The notes: generated from the letters alone by a model not told the origin. A stretch of 63,756 nucleotides of DNA, filler included, from Octopus bimaculoides (GCF_001194135.2; 6 parts of 6 records of this genome joined end to end with filler, not necessarily neighbours in it), one strand, 5' to 3'. Shown: positions 21,786 through 33,590, counted from the first letter of the whole stretch. A program made the numbers and translations.

Positions 21786-22820
21786 CCAACAAATGACAAT
21801 TTCCCAGCAGGTTTTAATCTATCCTGCCCACCCTCACCCACCCATCCCTTCGAAAAATATCCTTCTTTGCTGACTTCATGTGACTACAAACATGCATAAT
21901 AAGCCAACGCTATCTGTCCACGTCAACACCTGCGTGACTACTTCGTACACACCTTTATTAAAAAACGGAATCCTCAGTAATAACTAAAAGAAATATTTAC
22001 ACTCAACCGCACAAACAATAAGGTTGTTAATCCCTTTTTAAAGTCATTTGAAAAGACTTTTTGCTGTTTTTATCGCCTCAGATTTACATTGAGATGGTAA
22101 ACTTAATCCCTGGCATCATTCAACATCACCACCTGTTCCTTGACGTGGAGTCCATTCTGTCAGAAGGATTTCAGTCTGACCTTTCGACAAAGAGTAACTC
22201 CTTACACCCCTCACCCACTACTCTCAGAGATCATGGGGGCTACCTTTCCATTCCCTAGCTATATATATATATATTTTCATACATACACACTACATTGCTG
22301 CCTGCAGGTCTGTTCTCACAGGTATTAGGCTACAGGTGAGAAAACACCAGCAGGCAGGAAAGAGGAGAGAAAAAAAATAAAGAAAACCCAGCAAAATGAA
22401 GCAGATAACATCAAGAACACATTTTCACAGATTTAAGAAAAAAGTTTCCAAGATAACTTTGGGTTTAGGGTTTTAAACACATTGAAAGCAAATGTAAAAA
22501 TCCAACATGAGGAAAATGATCCGTCTTCTAAGATTAAAAGTTAACCCTGTTTTGAAAGGATCTAAACAAAAACATTCCACCAAAATTTCATGGAAATCTA
22601 TGTTCCAGACATCAGCTTAATAAAGATAAAGTTATTTTATTATGAAGCATGATCTTTGAACTTTGGCCTCTCAGAGGCAATGACTAGTGACAGAGTCCTT
22701 TGGTGATATGCTGTGCTTGAGAAGACCTGGTAAACCAAGTGAAATCATAGTCATGGCTGATGCCTGGTGTCACTTAACTGGCACCTGTGCCGGTGGCATA
22801 TAAAAAGCACCTTTTGAGAG

Positions 22821-23150
22821 TTGGGCCTCACGGAGGTAAAGTGTCTGATGCCGGTGTCATGAGAAGCTCCTTTAAAGCATTGGGCCTCATNNNNNNNNNN
22901 NNNNNNNNNNGTTGGGCCTCACGGAGGTAAAGTGTCTGATGCCGGTGTCATGAGAAGCTCCTTTAAAGCATTGGGCCTCACGGAGGTAAAGTGTCTGATG
23001 CCGGTGTCATGAGAAGCTCCTTTAAAGCATTGGGCCTCATGGAGGTAAAGTGACTGATGCCGGTGTCGTAAGAAGATCCTTTCAAGCATTGGGCCTCATG
23101 GAGGTAAAGTGACTGAATTCCTTTTGAGTATTGGGTCTCATGGAGGCAAG
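22821..23150 (+). repeat. 59-bp tandem repeat derived from the RTE ORF2-end/3' UTR
   Basis: Unit TTGGGCCTCACGGAGGTAAAGTGTCTGATGCCGGTGTCATGAGAAGCTCCTTTAAAGCA starts at 22821, 22880, (gap) 22912, 22971, 23030 and 23089. Embedded in RTE-3'-like sequence 22680-23230. Confidence 0.85.
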
Positions 23151-23369
23151 GACTGAGACCTTTGGCATTATGTTGTGCTTGGGAAGAAGACCCATCAAAC
23201 CGAGCAAAATTGCAGTCATGGCAGATACAGATTTGAGGGAAATAGGCTACTATTTCTGATGAGTTTTCTTATTGCCTCATTTCATAAGTAAAACATGGAG
23301 ATGCCACTTGTTTCATACTAGGAGTTCCACTTCATCACCTCAAGAAACAAATCAGATGAGACAAATTCT

Positions 23370-23500
23370 TGAGGAGAAATTGTGGAGACTGACGTTTGCT
23401 TCCAAACCACTTGGTTTTAGTTCAGGCCCACTGCATGGTACCTTGGGCCTTGTAAGTGGATTCGAGAGACGGAAACTGAAAGCAGTCTGCCATGTGTGTG
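23370..23500 (+). mobile_element. SINE-A head
   Basis: GCTTCCAAACCACTTGGTTTTAGTTCAGGCCCACTGCATGG.ACCTTGGGC...GACGGAAACTGAAAG. Confidence 0.7.
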
Positions 23501-24731
23501 TGTCTGCTTGTGCTGACCACGTGTGATGGATGTAAGCGAGTGTTACCGTCATATAAACGGTGTCGTTCGTTTCGACACTTCTGTGAAAATATGTCTGCCC
23601 AAGGGGAAATATCACGTTGCTTGGAAACAGTTGAAGGTTGGCGACAGGAAGGGTATCCAGCCGTATAAAATCTACCTCAATGAATTCCGTATGACCCATG
23701 CAAGCATGGAAAAGCACACGTTAATACGACGACGAGGGTGAAACTAATGAGATTATTGGATCGGAAAAACTTCGAATCTGCCTAAATTACTATCAAACAA
23801 AACAAACCAAACCAAAGTGAATGAAAAAACACCATTTATGTTAATAATGGTTGTTTAAAAGCTTAAACTTTAATTGATAAACATATTTATATCACGATAG
23901 CGACACCATAGTTATGTGTTGGTGAAACGTTATCAATGCCGTGTCCACGTTACATTTATCATCATATTTGCTGTTGTTGGCATGTTACTATGATGGTATT
24001 TAAACAATATTATTGATTAATTACATTAATAAAAGGGGATATTTAAATACTATTGTGTCTCCAAGTGGAGTCTAAAATATACTGTAGAGTCACAAATCAC
24101 TGCACCCAGATTTGTTGTTCATCAACAATTAATTTACTTTAATTGAAATTTTTATTTTTTACCGGGAGTGGGGGTAAAACTAGCGAATTCCTAGAGAATA
24201 ATTACAATCGCAATAAACTGAAATACAATTAATATACAAGAAAGCCTGTAAGTGGTCATTCAACATGCTAGAAATAGTAGCTAAATCTTCTAACCATGTA
24301 TATTGTCTTTAAAAAGAGAGGAGACCTTAACTTGTATAGTCATAAATACACAATGTCTAATAACGACAGGATGGTTCCAGTTGGAACATTTTTGATCAGA
24401 GCAGACCCCGGCTTGGTCTGGTAAATATCTTTAGACCATCTGAGTAAAATTAATAATAGATAATGATATCAAGTACAATGTAAGAACCCCAACAGGATAC
24501 AAGACATCGTGTATTAACGAAATTTAAATGTGCTGCAATTTATTTTTGTTCCGACAATAAAATGAGATAAAGGTTGATATTTAGCTGTCAGTAACCAAAT
24601 TTAAAATTAGAAATACAACAGGAGTGATTAAAGTTAACTTTGTATGAAATGATGATGGTAAATGTTAAGTTGACGACATCCACCAGCTTTTATGTCCTTC
24701 ACACGTCGTCTATATTCACAAATACAATAGT

Positions 24732-24763
<32 letters not shown>

Positions 24764-24779
24764 TATATNNNNNNNNNNT

Positions 24780-25186
24780 ATATAGTGCTAACATACAGGG
24801 TTTATATACTTGCAGGCATTACTAAACACACACCACTATATATAGATGATGTATATACGTAGACACACCAGCAAACAGATATGGTGTGTGTATATATACA
24901 CGTATATCACTTAATGTTCATGCTCTATATAGATCACTAAACATACATGATTATATATATATATATATATGGTAGAGATGGACTATATGTAATCTGAACC
25001 TTTCCCCCCCTTATTTATTAATTTTTTTTTTACGGAATCCCACGTTTTAGGCTATGGAGATTCCGATTCTGAAAAAAATGTTTTTGAAAAATTTCAATCC
25101 CCCCACCACCACCAAACAGGCTATTTACATGCTAGAAATAACAGCCAAATCTCACAAAACTAGTGTTAGGGTTAGTCCATCTGGAC

Positions 25187-25237
<51 letters not shown>

Positions 25238-26230
25238 NNNNNNNNNNNNNNNNNNNNNNNNNNNNNNNNNNNNNNNNNNNNNNNNNNNNNNNNNNNNNNN
25301 NNNNNNNNNNNNNNNNNNNNNNNNNNNNNNNNNNNNNNNNNNNNNNNNNNNNNNNNNNNNNNNNNNNNNNNNNNNNNNNNNNNNNNNNNNNNNNNNNNNN
25401 NNNNNNNNNNNNNNNNNNNNNNNNNNNNNNNNNNNNNNNNNNNNNNNNNNNNNNNNNNNNNNNNNNNNNNNNNNNNNNNNNNNNNNNNNNNNNNNNNNNN
25501 NNNNNNNNNNNNNNNNNNNNNNNNNNNNNNNNNNNNNNNNNNNNNNNNNNNNNNNNNNNNNNNNNNNNNNNNNNNNNNNNNNNNNNNNNNNNNNNNNNNN
25601 NNNNNNNNNNNNNNNNNNNNNNNNNNNNNNNNNNNNNNNNNNNNNNNNNNNNNNNNNNNNNNNNNNNNNNNNNNNNNNNNNNNNNNNNNNNNNNNNNNNN
25701 NNNNNNNNNNNNNNNATAAGCACTAAATAAACGTGTTGTACACAGAAATGCACCGCAAATTATACATTGTACCCATATACAGCATCAAATATATATGGTG
25801 CATATATATATACACACGGCATTAAATATACCTAGTAATATATAGAGATACAACACTATATATATATATATAAACACATAAAGCACTAGAAATACATGGT
25901 GTATATTATACACACGTTACAAAGTGTATAAGATAAGCACTCCATTAAGCATATAAGCTCTATCTTTTATCTTTTACATATAAGGTGTATACATATACAC
26001 CATTAAACATCGTCTGTCTACACACATATGCACAATAATCATGGTGCATATACACCATTATACATATACACCATTATGCACGGTCTACCTTCATACATAC
26101 ACCATTTAACATAGTGGTGTGTGTATATATCCGTATATATATATATATCTATATATACGTATACACACAAACACCAGTGAAAGTACGTGGTGCGTATACA
26201 CACGTCACTAAACATACATGGTGTACATGT

Positions 26231-26290
<60 letters not shown>

Positions 26291-26460
26291 TAGCAAACGT
26301 AAATTTTGTATATACATATCACTAAAACATACATGATGTATACATATGCACCATTAAAGTGTCAATACCATTATACATATACACACACATTATTACACGT
26401 ATATGGTGTATATACACACCTCAGTAAACATAGCATATACACACACGTCTTTGTCAAGTT
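24780..26460. repeat. Degenerate minisatellite of about 30-35 bp (CACTAAACATACATGGTGTATATACAC-like), interrupted by an insertion and a gap
   Basis: The motif CAC.A.A.ATACATG.TGTA.ATA recurs many times at 24820-24960 and 25720-26420. Confidence 0.6.
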
Positions 26461-26902
26461 ATATAAAAACAATTTAATATGAAACTAATGACTGAACAGT
26501 TTTGGAAGGGAGAAACCTTTTACAAGGAAAAGGTTGAAAGGGACATGAGGGTTTCGGTTTGCTCCTCACCTTCAGCAGTGTAACGAAGGCAGACAAGCCG
26601 AAACTGCGAAGTCACTATCACACAGACACAAAGAGGACAAATAAAATAGAATTCAAACGAGTTGCTTTAATTTTTTTTAATCGGTAGAAGTCACTAAGTG
26701 AGTCAAGGGCCAAGAGTTTAGTGCACTTCTAAGTTTGATAAGTGCCATGCACGAAACCCTCGACTCCCGAGTCACTTTGTAACATCTGCAGATTAAACAC
26801 ACACACACACATATAGATGCACAAATGTGTGAGTGTGTATATATATATGTGCAATAAGAACAGGTAAACGATAGGTGTGTATTGATTGGTGATACCTCTC
26901 AC

Positions 26903-27002
26903 CTGCGGTTCCAGTGTCTTTTGATCTTGTCAACGTGGTTAATATCAAGAGACACCGATATACCAGCAGAAGCAGGAGGTTAAATCGATATCAATGCTTC
27001 AT
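26903..27002 (-). other. Candidate alternative first exon B (signal-peptide-like frame with one in-frame TGA, or a non-coding exon)
   Basis: ATG AAG CAT TGA TAT CGA TTT AAC CTC CTG CTT CTG CTG GTA... gives 33 codons + G, then donor CAG|GTGAGA (GT at 26902-26901). Unique, non-repetitive sequence. Confidence 0.3.
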
Positions 27003-28147
27003 ATCAATCAGTTCTCTAATATCTTAATACCTAGATCCAGCCAAGATCATCCTCTCTTTGTAAAGGGATTTAGGAATATACGATTTAGTGTTTCCCACTT
27101 TTCTTTTTAAACCCAAGACAATAGTAGGTGGAACTGAAATGGCGATTTAGCTGCCATTTCTAGTATGTCGAACGACTACTCAGAGGCTTCCTTTTGTTGG
27201 AGGTGTTGAAAAATAAAGAATTATTTCTGGGATAGTTTACAACGACTATTTCTTAAAGATCACCACCTCAAGCTACTTCAGGCAGAGAAAAAGTAATATT
27301 TATTTATTAAGAGCATTTCTAATAAAATTAAATTTCACTTTCAGAACAAAACGAAATTTGGTTTTGTTTTGAAATTCAGAAATTTGACGAGGAATAAAAT
27401 ATATATATTTTTTAAATATTATTCAAGCATCAAAGACGAAGCATGAATCAAGTTATATGGCTCTGTCTATTAATAGTAGATTAGTAAGACAATTAAGATT
27501 AAAAGGAGACGACAACATATAAGTGAGAAAACGATATAAAGTCGATAGTAAATAACGATGATGATAATAAAAGATGTTGTTAATGATGATTGTCCTGAGT
27601 ATAAAAGAAACAGATTTTCGGGAAAGAGAGAGACGTCGTTAAATCGATCCAGCCCAATATTGATTGGTAATATTTTATCGACCCAGAAAGTATGAAAGGT
27701 AAAATCGACCCCAAAGAGGACGAGATTTTAAAGGTTTATTAAGGGGTGTGAAATAATAATAACTATATATATATATGTATATGTAATTCTTATGCAGGAA
27801 TGCTGTTGACAATGACTTCGAAATTTTGGCCAGCTAAACCATCGTCATATCTAAAAGAGAGAGGCAATGATTGCACATTGATGTCCCGTCGACGTTGCAC
27901 CCGTATAACTTTCTGAGAAATTTATATAGTTTTTTGTTTTTTTTTTAAATAAAATATTGCAGATATACACAGTTGTGAATGTATATAACTAACATGCAAC
28001 TAACACATTACAGAGAACGTAAAACAAAATATATATACACACATATATATATACATACACATATATAAAGACAAAGGGACAGATATGAAAAAAAAAACAA
28101 ACGAAAATGCAGAACTCGGGGCCAAAAAGGGTTGTATTTCTTCTCAC

Positions 28148-28262
28148 CTGTTGTTTTAGGTGTTGCTAAAGAATCCACAGACTTAATTTCTTTATCGGAA
28201 GCGACATCATTAACAATTTTCATTTCGCTTTGATTCTCAAGAGGAACATTTAATGAAGGCAT
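28148..28262 (-). CDS. Candidate first coding exon A of an unidentified host gene (MPSLNVPLENQSEMKIVNDVASDKEIKSVDSLATPKTT, phase 1)
   Basis: Good Kozak context (AAC ATG). 38 protein-like codons ending at a strong donor CAG|GTGAGA, after which composition becomes intron-like. Lies in the longest repeat-free stretch. No downstream exon identified. Confidence 0.45.
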
Positions 28263-28999
28263 GTTACTTTAATCAGAGTTATTTAATTTACTGTTTGGTT
28301 TAAACAAAACACAAGAATACAGGAAACAACCGGATTAATGTCGATAATATATTATTAGCATCATCACCATCATCATTATATATTTAATATATATATAAAT
28401 GGATAATGTTTAAGTTTGTCAGTGAGGCTGGGAATAGCAAACACTGTTTAAATCAGCTGCATTTAAATAAAAAGCGGATGTGAAAAAAGAAAACGGCAAA
28501 ACCCACCAATAATGATAGAGATAAAAGAATCTGTGAATTAATTAAAGGTACAGACTGTTGCAATTTTTCTCTTTTTAAAGGAAGCAGAATGGTGCTGTTT
28601 CAGATGAAGCACCGACGCGTATGAGGAGAGTGGAAACATTGAATGAGAATTAACAAGCTAATGGCTATTATTGACATTGCTATTTTACTGGGAGGAGGAG
28701 GGGAAACAGAAGAGGTGAAGTAGAACATTAAACAAGCCATGCAGTAACATATATAGATATATATTTACATAGACGTGTATGCATCTATCTCTATATATAT
28801 ATATGTAGGTGATCACTAACGTAAAAGTTGGACGACGAGTACCTGGCCTCCTCCAGTACCCCTTGGTGTCACGTGGTCGATTTCTTCAATGAAACTTGCC
28901 TAACGTTTATTAGGAAAGAACGGCTTCAGTAGATATGGTAGATCAAAAGCATCAACGCTTGAAATATAATAACATTGTTTTCTGTTTTAGGCACGACGC

Positions 29000-29697
29000 T
29001 AGGGAATATATTGGTTTAAAATTCTGGCACCAGGTCGGCAAGTTCGAGGAGAGGAGTTAAGTTGATTATATCGACCCCAGTGTTCAGCTGGTACTTGTTT
29101 TATCGTTCCCGAAACGATGAAAGGCAAAGTCGACCTCAACCGAATTTGTACTGAGAGCAGACGAAATGTCAGCTCGCCGCCTTAACGCCAGAGAACATAT
29201 TGATACTGTCGACCTCAGTACTCAACTGGTACTTCATTTTATCGACGGATGAAAGCCAAAACTGACTCTAGTGGGATTTGAACACAAGACAGAAGAAATA
29301 CTGCAAGATCTTAAGGTGCCTGCTAATCTATCGCCCTGAAGTTGAACAACACGAAGAGACTTGATAGATAAGACGCTCTCGATAGAATATATATATTATG
29401 CTTAGGTTAATAGTTTTTCGATGGAAAAAATATTCTTGTATCTAATTAGAATTATAAACGATTTAAATGGAGTATCTCACATACAGTAGGCTTAAAAAGG
29501 GAATTTTCTTCAGGTCATTAAAAACAATGAGAAGTGAAAATAACATTCATAAGTCCTTTTAATTTTAACACAAAATCACCAACTTCAGGTAACTGGGCAA
29601 GTCGATTACATCGACTCTAGAGCTCGACTGGTCCTTCTTTTATTGAGTTTAAAAGGATGAAAAGCAAAGTAGACCTCGGCGGAATTTGATCTCAGAA
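29000..29697 (-). mobile_element. SINE-B copies (about 29000-29190, 29195-29330, 29590-29697)
   Basis: GATGAAAGGCAAAGTCGACCTC...GAATTTGA core on the minus strand. The last copy truncates the neighbouring LTR. Confidence 0.75.
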
Positions 29698-29706
29698 ACG
29701 GGGTTG

Positions 29707-31217
29707 GCTGCTGTTGTGTTCTCGCTGGAACTGGTTGTGTGCTCTGTGGTCAGTGGCTAGACCTCAGAAGGTCTGGAGCCAAAGGACATACGGGATGGTG
29801 AGAAGCTGGCTTTTATAACATTCTGTCGGCTCACCAGAAGTTTAGAAAAGACTGTCTCACGTGACCTTATCTGAAGGCTGCAATTGGTTGGGTTGCATCT
29901 TGGCGCGCAATTGCACAAGAGACAAATTGTGCCAATACCAACCAATCAGAGTGGTGGACACAACAGGGTCCAAAGGTGCGACCGAAGGCTAGCTGTTATC
30001 TACTATGTCTGTATTTATGTATATATAACAAAGACAGAAGCCTCCTTTAAGGTGTACGCTACAGAGCCCCCCACCAATCATTTTGTGCAAGACGAAATAG
30101 ACGATAAAGAATGAAATATCTGTAGTGAAAAGGAGAAAGAGTGGTTGGTCATGAAGCTGACACTGGGTCACCATTTTGTAAATGTCTGTGCGAATGTCGG
30201 GCTGCATGTTGGAATCATGTCGGGGTCACCAGTTTGTAACAACTGTGTAACAGGAGAGGTGACGAGGAATGGCTCCTTTAGTACATCGCAACGGTCAATG
30301 CAAATAAAAATATGAAAAGATAAATGAATATAAGTGTCAAAAGGACACAACTGGGGTAGAAGGTTTAAGAGAAGATTTTATTTATATGTTAACGTGTGTG
30401 CGTCATATAAACATAATAATAGACAGGCCATCATGTATACAAAGTGTGTGTGTATAAACATGGATGTATGCGTGTGCGATAAGTACAGAGCATAGAAAGA
30501 TTTCAATAATGACGTTAGAAGAATGTTCAGACACTAGGATGATAAATATCAGTTCGTAGTCAAGGTACACAGTAGTTGAAGTACTGTATCAAGAAGTTGT
30601 GGTGGCAATGCAGAGCTGGGGAGAGGCACATGTCGTGTAAGAAGTTGTGGTTTCAATGCTGCTGCCAGTTACTTGTTACAGAAGGTTGTCACAGGTTGTA
30701 TTTGCTGTTAACCATGGTGAAGTATTTCACAAACAGTGTGGAGATAGAACCTGTGCGAGTGTTGCTGGTTGGTGTGTACGTAGAGAAGTTGATGTCATTA
30801 AGAAGATGATGGTGGTGACAAAGATGGAGTCTGCTGTTGGATGAAGTGTTGATTAGTCTCCATGTGACTGCTGCTGTGTCGTCACTGGAACTGGCTGTGT
30901 GCTCTGTGGTCAGTGGCTAGACCTCAGAAGGTCTGGAGCCAAAGAACATACGGAAGCGGGAGAAGCTGGTTTTTATAACATTCTGTCGGCTCACCAGAAG
31001 TTTTGAAAATACTGTCTCACATGACCTTATCTGAAGGCTGCGATTGGTCAGGTTGTATATTGGCGTGCAATAGAACAAGAGACAAATTGTGCCAATATCA
31101 ACCAATCAGAGTGGTGGACACAACAGGGTCCAAAGTTATGGTCGAAGGCTAGCTGTTATCTACTACGTTCGTATTTATGTATATATAAGAGAGAGAGAGA
31201 GAGAGAAGTACGCTACA
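29707..31217 (-). mobile_element. Non-autonomous Ty3/gypsy-type mini LTR element: 5' LTR 31217-30235, PBS 30231-30214, about 170-nt non-coding interior, PPT 30075-30064, truncated 3' LTR 30063-29707
   Basis: Both LTRs begin TGTAGCGTAC and the 5' LTR ends GTTACA. PBS TGGTGACCCCGACATGAT is 17/18 complementary to the eukaryotic tRNA-Trp 3' end. PPT GGTGGGGGG. Direct-repeat similarity 29707-30030 vs 30867-31190. Confidence 0.85.
29811..29946 (-). promoter_or_regulatory. LTR U3 promoter module (TATAAAA 29817-29811, CACGTG 29858-29863, CCAAT boxes 29883-29887, 29932-29936, 29942-29946); second copy in the 5' LTR (TATA 30977-30971)
   Basis: Motifs read directly from sequence in the expected order relative to LTR orientation. 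Confidence 0.55.
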
Positions 31218-31699
31218 CAGCTAAGCAGTTTGTTCAGCATGCTAGCAATTCTGTCAGCTGGTTGAGCAATGACTGAAACTAGTCTCTGGATGCTGGTTTT
31301 GCTGGGTGGAGGTGCTTATCTCCCCTTTGAAAACATAAGGACACAGGAAATGTGTCAAATCCAACAGGAAAGTGTTTCCTAGGGTTAAATAACAGTAGCA
31401 TTCTTCCCTTTCATGGGACTGTCACATTAAGTTGACAACATACTATCACTTTATTGTACTGCTACTGCATAAATCTCTCTGAGAGATTTAGAAATATATT
31501 ATTTCTTCATTCTGTCTGCTGGAATATAGATCAGTCAACATTGTCATGGTTCGATTGATGGAGGGCAGCAAGAGAAAAAGAGGAAGAGCATAGGGTATAT
31601 TATGGGGAGGGGGGGGTCACCTGGAGTGGCAATAGGAGGATAGCATGTGACAGGACCATCGTATTTAACAAAGAATGGAAGAAACTAAGACTCGTTCAT

Positions 31700-32085
31700 C
31701 TTCTATCTTTTACTTGATTCAGTCCTGAGACAGTGGCCATGCTGGGGCACCATTTTCAAGAATTTTAATCAAATGAATTGACTGCAGTACTTGTTTCTCT
31801 TTGAAGCCAGGTACTTATTGTATTGGTCTCTTTTGCTGAACAGCTAAGTTATGGGGACATAAACACACCAACACCTGTTGTCAAAGTGGTAGTGGAACAT
31901 AAACACAGAAATACACACACACACGACAGGTTTCTACCAGTTTTCATCCACCAAATCCACTCACAAAGCTTTGGTCAGCCTAAAGCTATAACAGAAGACA
32001 CTTACCCAAGGTGCCATGCAGTGGGACTGAACCCAGAACCATGTGGTTGGGAAGCAAACTTCTTACCACACAGCCACACCTACAC
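31700..32085 (-). mobile_element. SINE family A
   Basis: Family-A tail, middle and head motifs. Confidence 0.8.
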
Positions 32086-32579
32086 CTGTACAAGATGAAT
32101 TTTTTTATTCTGTCTTTGTTAAATATGTTTTGCATCATCTTATTTATGAGAAAAATAAATTGCCCATTGCCCCCCACCCGCCCACCNNNNNNNNNNNNNN
32201 NNNNNNNNNNNNNNNNNNNNNNNNNNNNNNNNNNNNNNNNNNNNNNNNNNNNNNNNNNNNNNNNNNNNNNNNNNNNNNNNNNNNNNNNNNNNNNNNNNNN
32301 NNNNNNNNNNNNNNNNNNNNNNNNNNNNNNNNNNNNNNNNTTGACTTCAGTAATAAGTGGATTATCATGGCTGACAATCAATCAATCAATCAATCATTCA
32401 TCGTGTTTGGTTTTATTTATTAATTCATTGATCTCGTTTGTCGCTATTTACAAAATTGCTGATCCCTCTCTGTTTACTAAATCAATAACCCTATTTTAGA
32501 TATTTACCTGCTTGGCATTTTGTCCTACATGCTAATGATTCTGGCAGCTGGCCACCATAATAAAAAAGAAACCAACAAA

Positions 32580-33000
32580 TTAAAAGGCCAGGAAGCATTA
32601 TGGAGGTGACTCAGCAAGGGTGGCCTAAAAAAAAGGACCGAAAGCCTAATCATTGCTGCCCAGGATCAGGCATTGAATACCAACTCAGTGAAAAGGGATA
32701 TATACCACACAAGTGCAACGAATATCTGCAGAATGTGTGGGAAGAGGGACGAAAGTGTGACTCACATTGTTAGTGCTTGTGTGGAGAGGGTACAGGCACA
32801 AACACAACAAGGTAACCCCAAACCTTCACTGGCTACTATGCCGGAAGTATGGATATGAGGTAATGGGTGCTTGATACCAACATACACCGGAAAAGGTAAT
32901 GGACAAAAAGGGGAAGGCAAAAATCTCTGGGACTTTGACTTTCAGACAAACAAGGTGTTAGAGCACCAAAGGCCGGATATAGTGAACAACTGACACCAAA
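32580..33000 (+). pseudogene. R4/Dong/NeSL-type (RLE) non-LTR retrotransposon fragment: CCHC zinc knuckle and start of the endonuclease
   Basis: TESLIIAAQDQALNTNSVKRDIYHTSATNICRMCGKRDESVTHIVSAC...LHWLLCRKYG...LWDFDFQTNKVLEHQRPDIV, followed by (AAT)n 33034-33100. Confidence 0.85.
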
Positions 33001-33042
33001 GTACATCTCCAGCATTAGAAACTATGCAAAGGCAATAATAAT

Positions 33043-33100
<58 letters not shown>

Positions 33101-33354
33101 GTGTTGCTGCTGAATATCTCCCCAAGCATTTACGATTGTGCTTATTCAAAACAACTGAACAGGTTTTGTATTTCTTTTCTTTGAACAGATAAAACTGGTT
33201 TGTTATCAAACAAGTATTTAGATGATCTCTGGGTAAATGCTACTGAAGCTGGCCAACTAACAATGAAGTTTTCTGTAACATTTGTCATAAACATAATACA
33301 GGTTTGTTGTTAACACTGGTATGAGTTTATTGGTAACACAAGTATGTAGTTGAA

Positions 33355-33590
33355 ATTTGAACTCAGAATGTAGTGACGAGCAACAACAACAACAACAATA
33401 ATCCTCTTTCTACTAAAGGCACAAGGCCTGAAATTTGGTGGGAGGGGACCAGTTGATTACATCAACCTCAGTATTTCACTTGTACTTAGTTTAATGACCC
33501 CCAAAAGGATGAAAGACGATGTCGACCTTGGCAGATTTTGAACTCAGAACGTAGCAATGGGTGAAATACCACTAAGCATTTTGTCCATTT
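33355..33590 (-). mobile_element. SINE-B
   Basis: Core and tail motifs on the minus strand. Confidence 0.75.

Noticed and set aside
22821-23150. CRISPR-like regularly spaced repeats
   Set aside because: Units are contiguous tandem copies with no unique spacers, derive from an RTE tail, and the context is eukaryotic with no cas genes.
30064-30290. Integrase zinc-binding-like peptide (MQPDIRTDIYKMVTQCQLH)
   Set aside because: The region is better explained as LTR end, tRNA-Trp PBS and its duplicate; there is no HHCC spacing.
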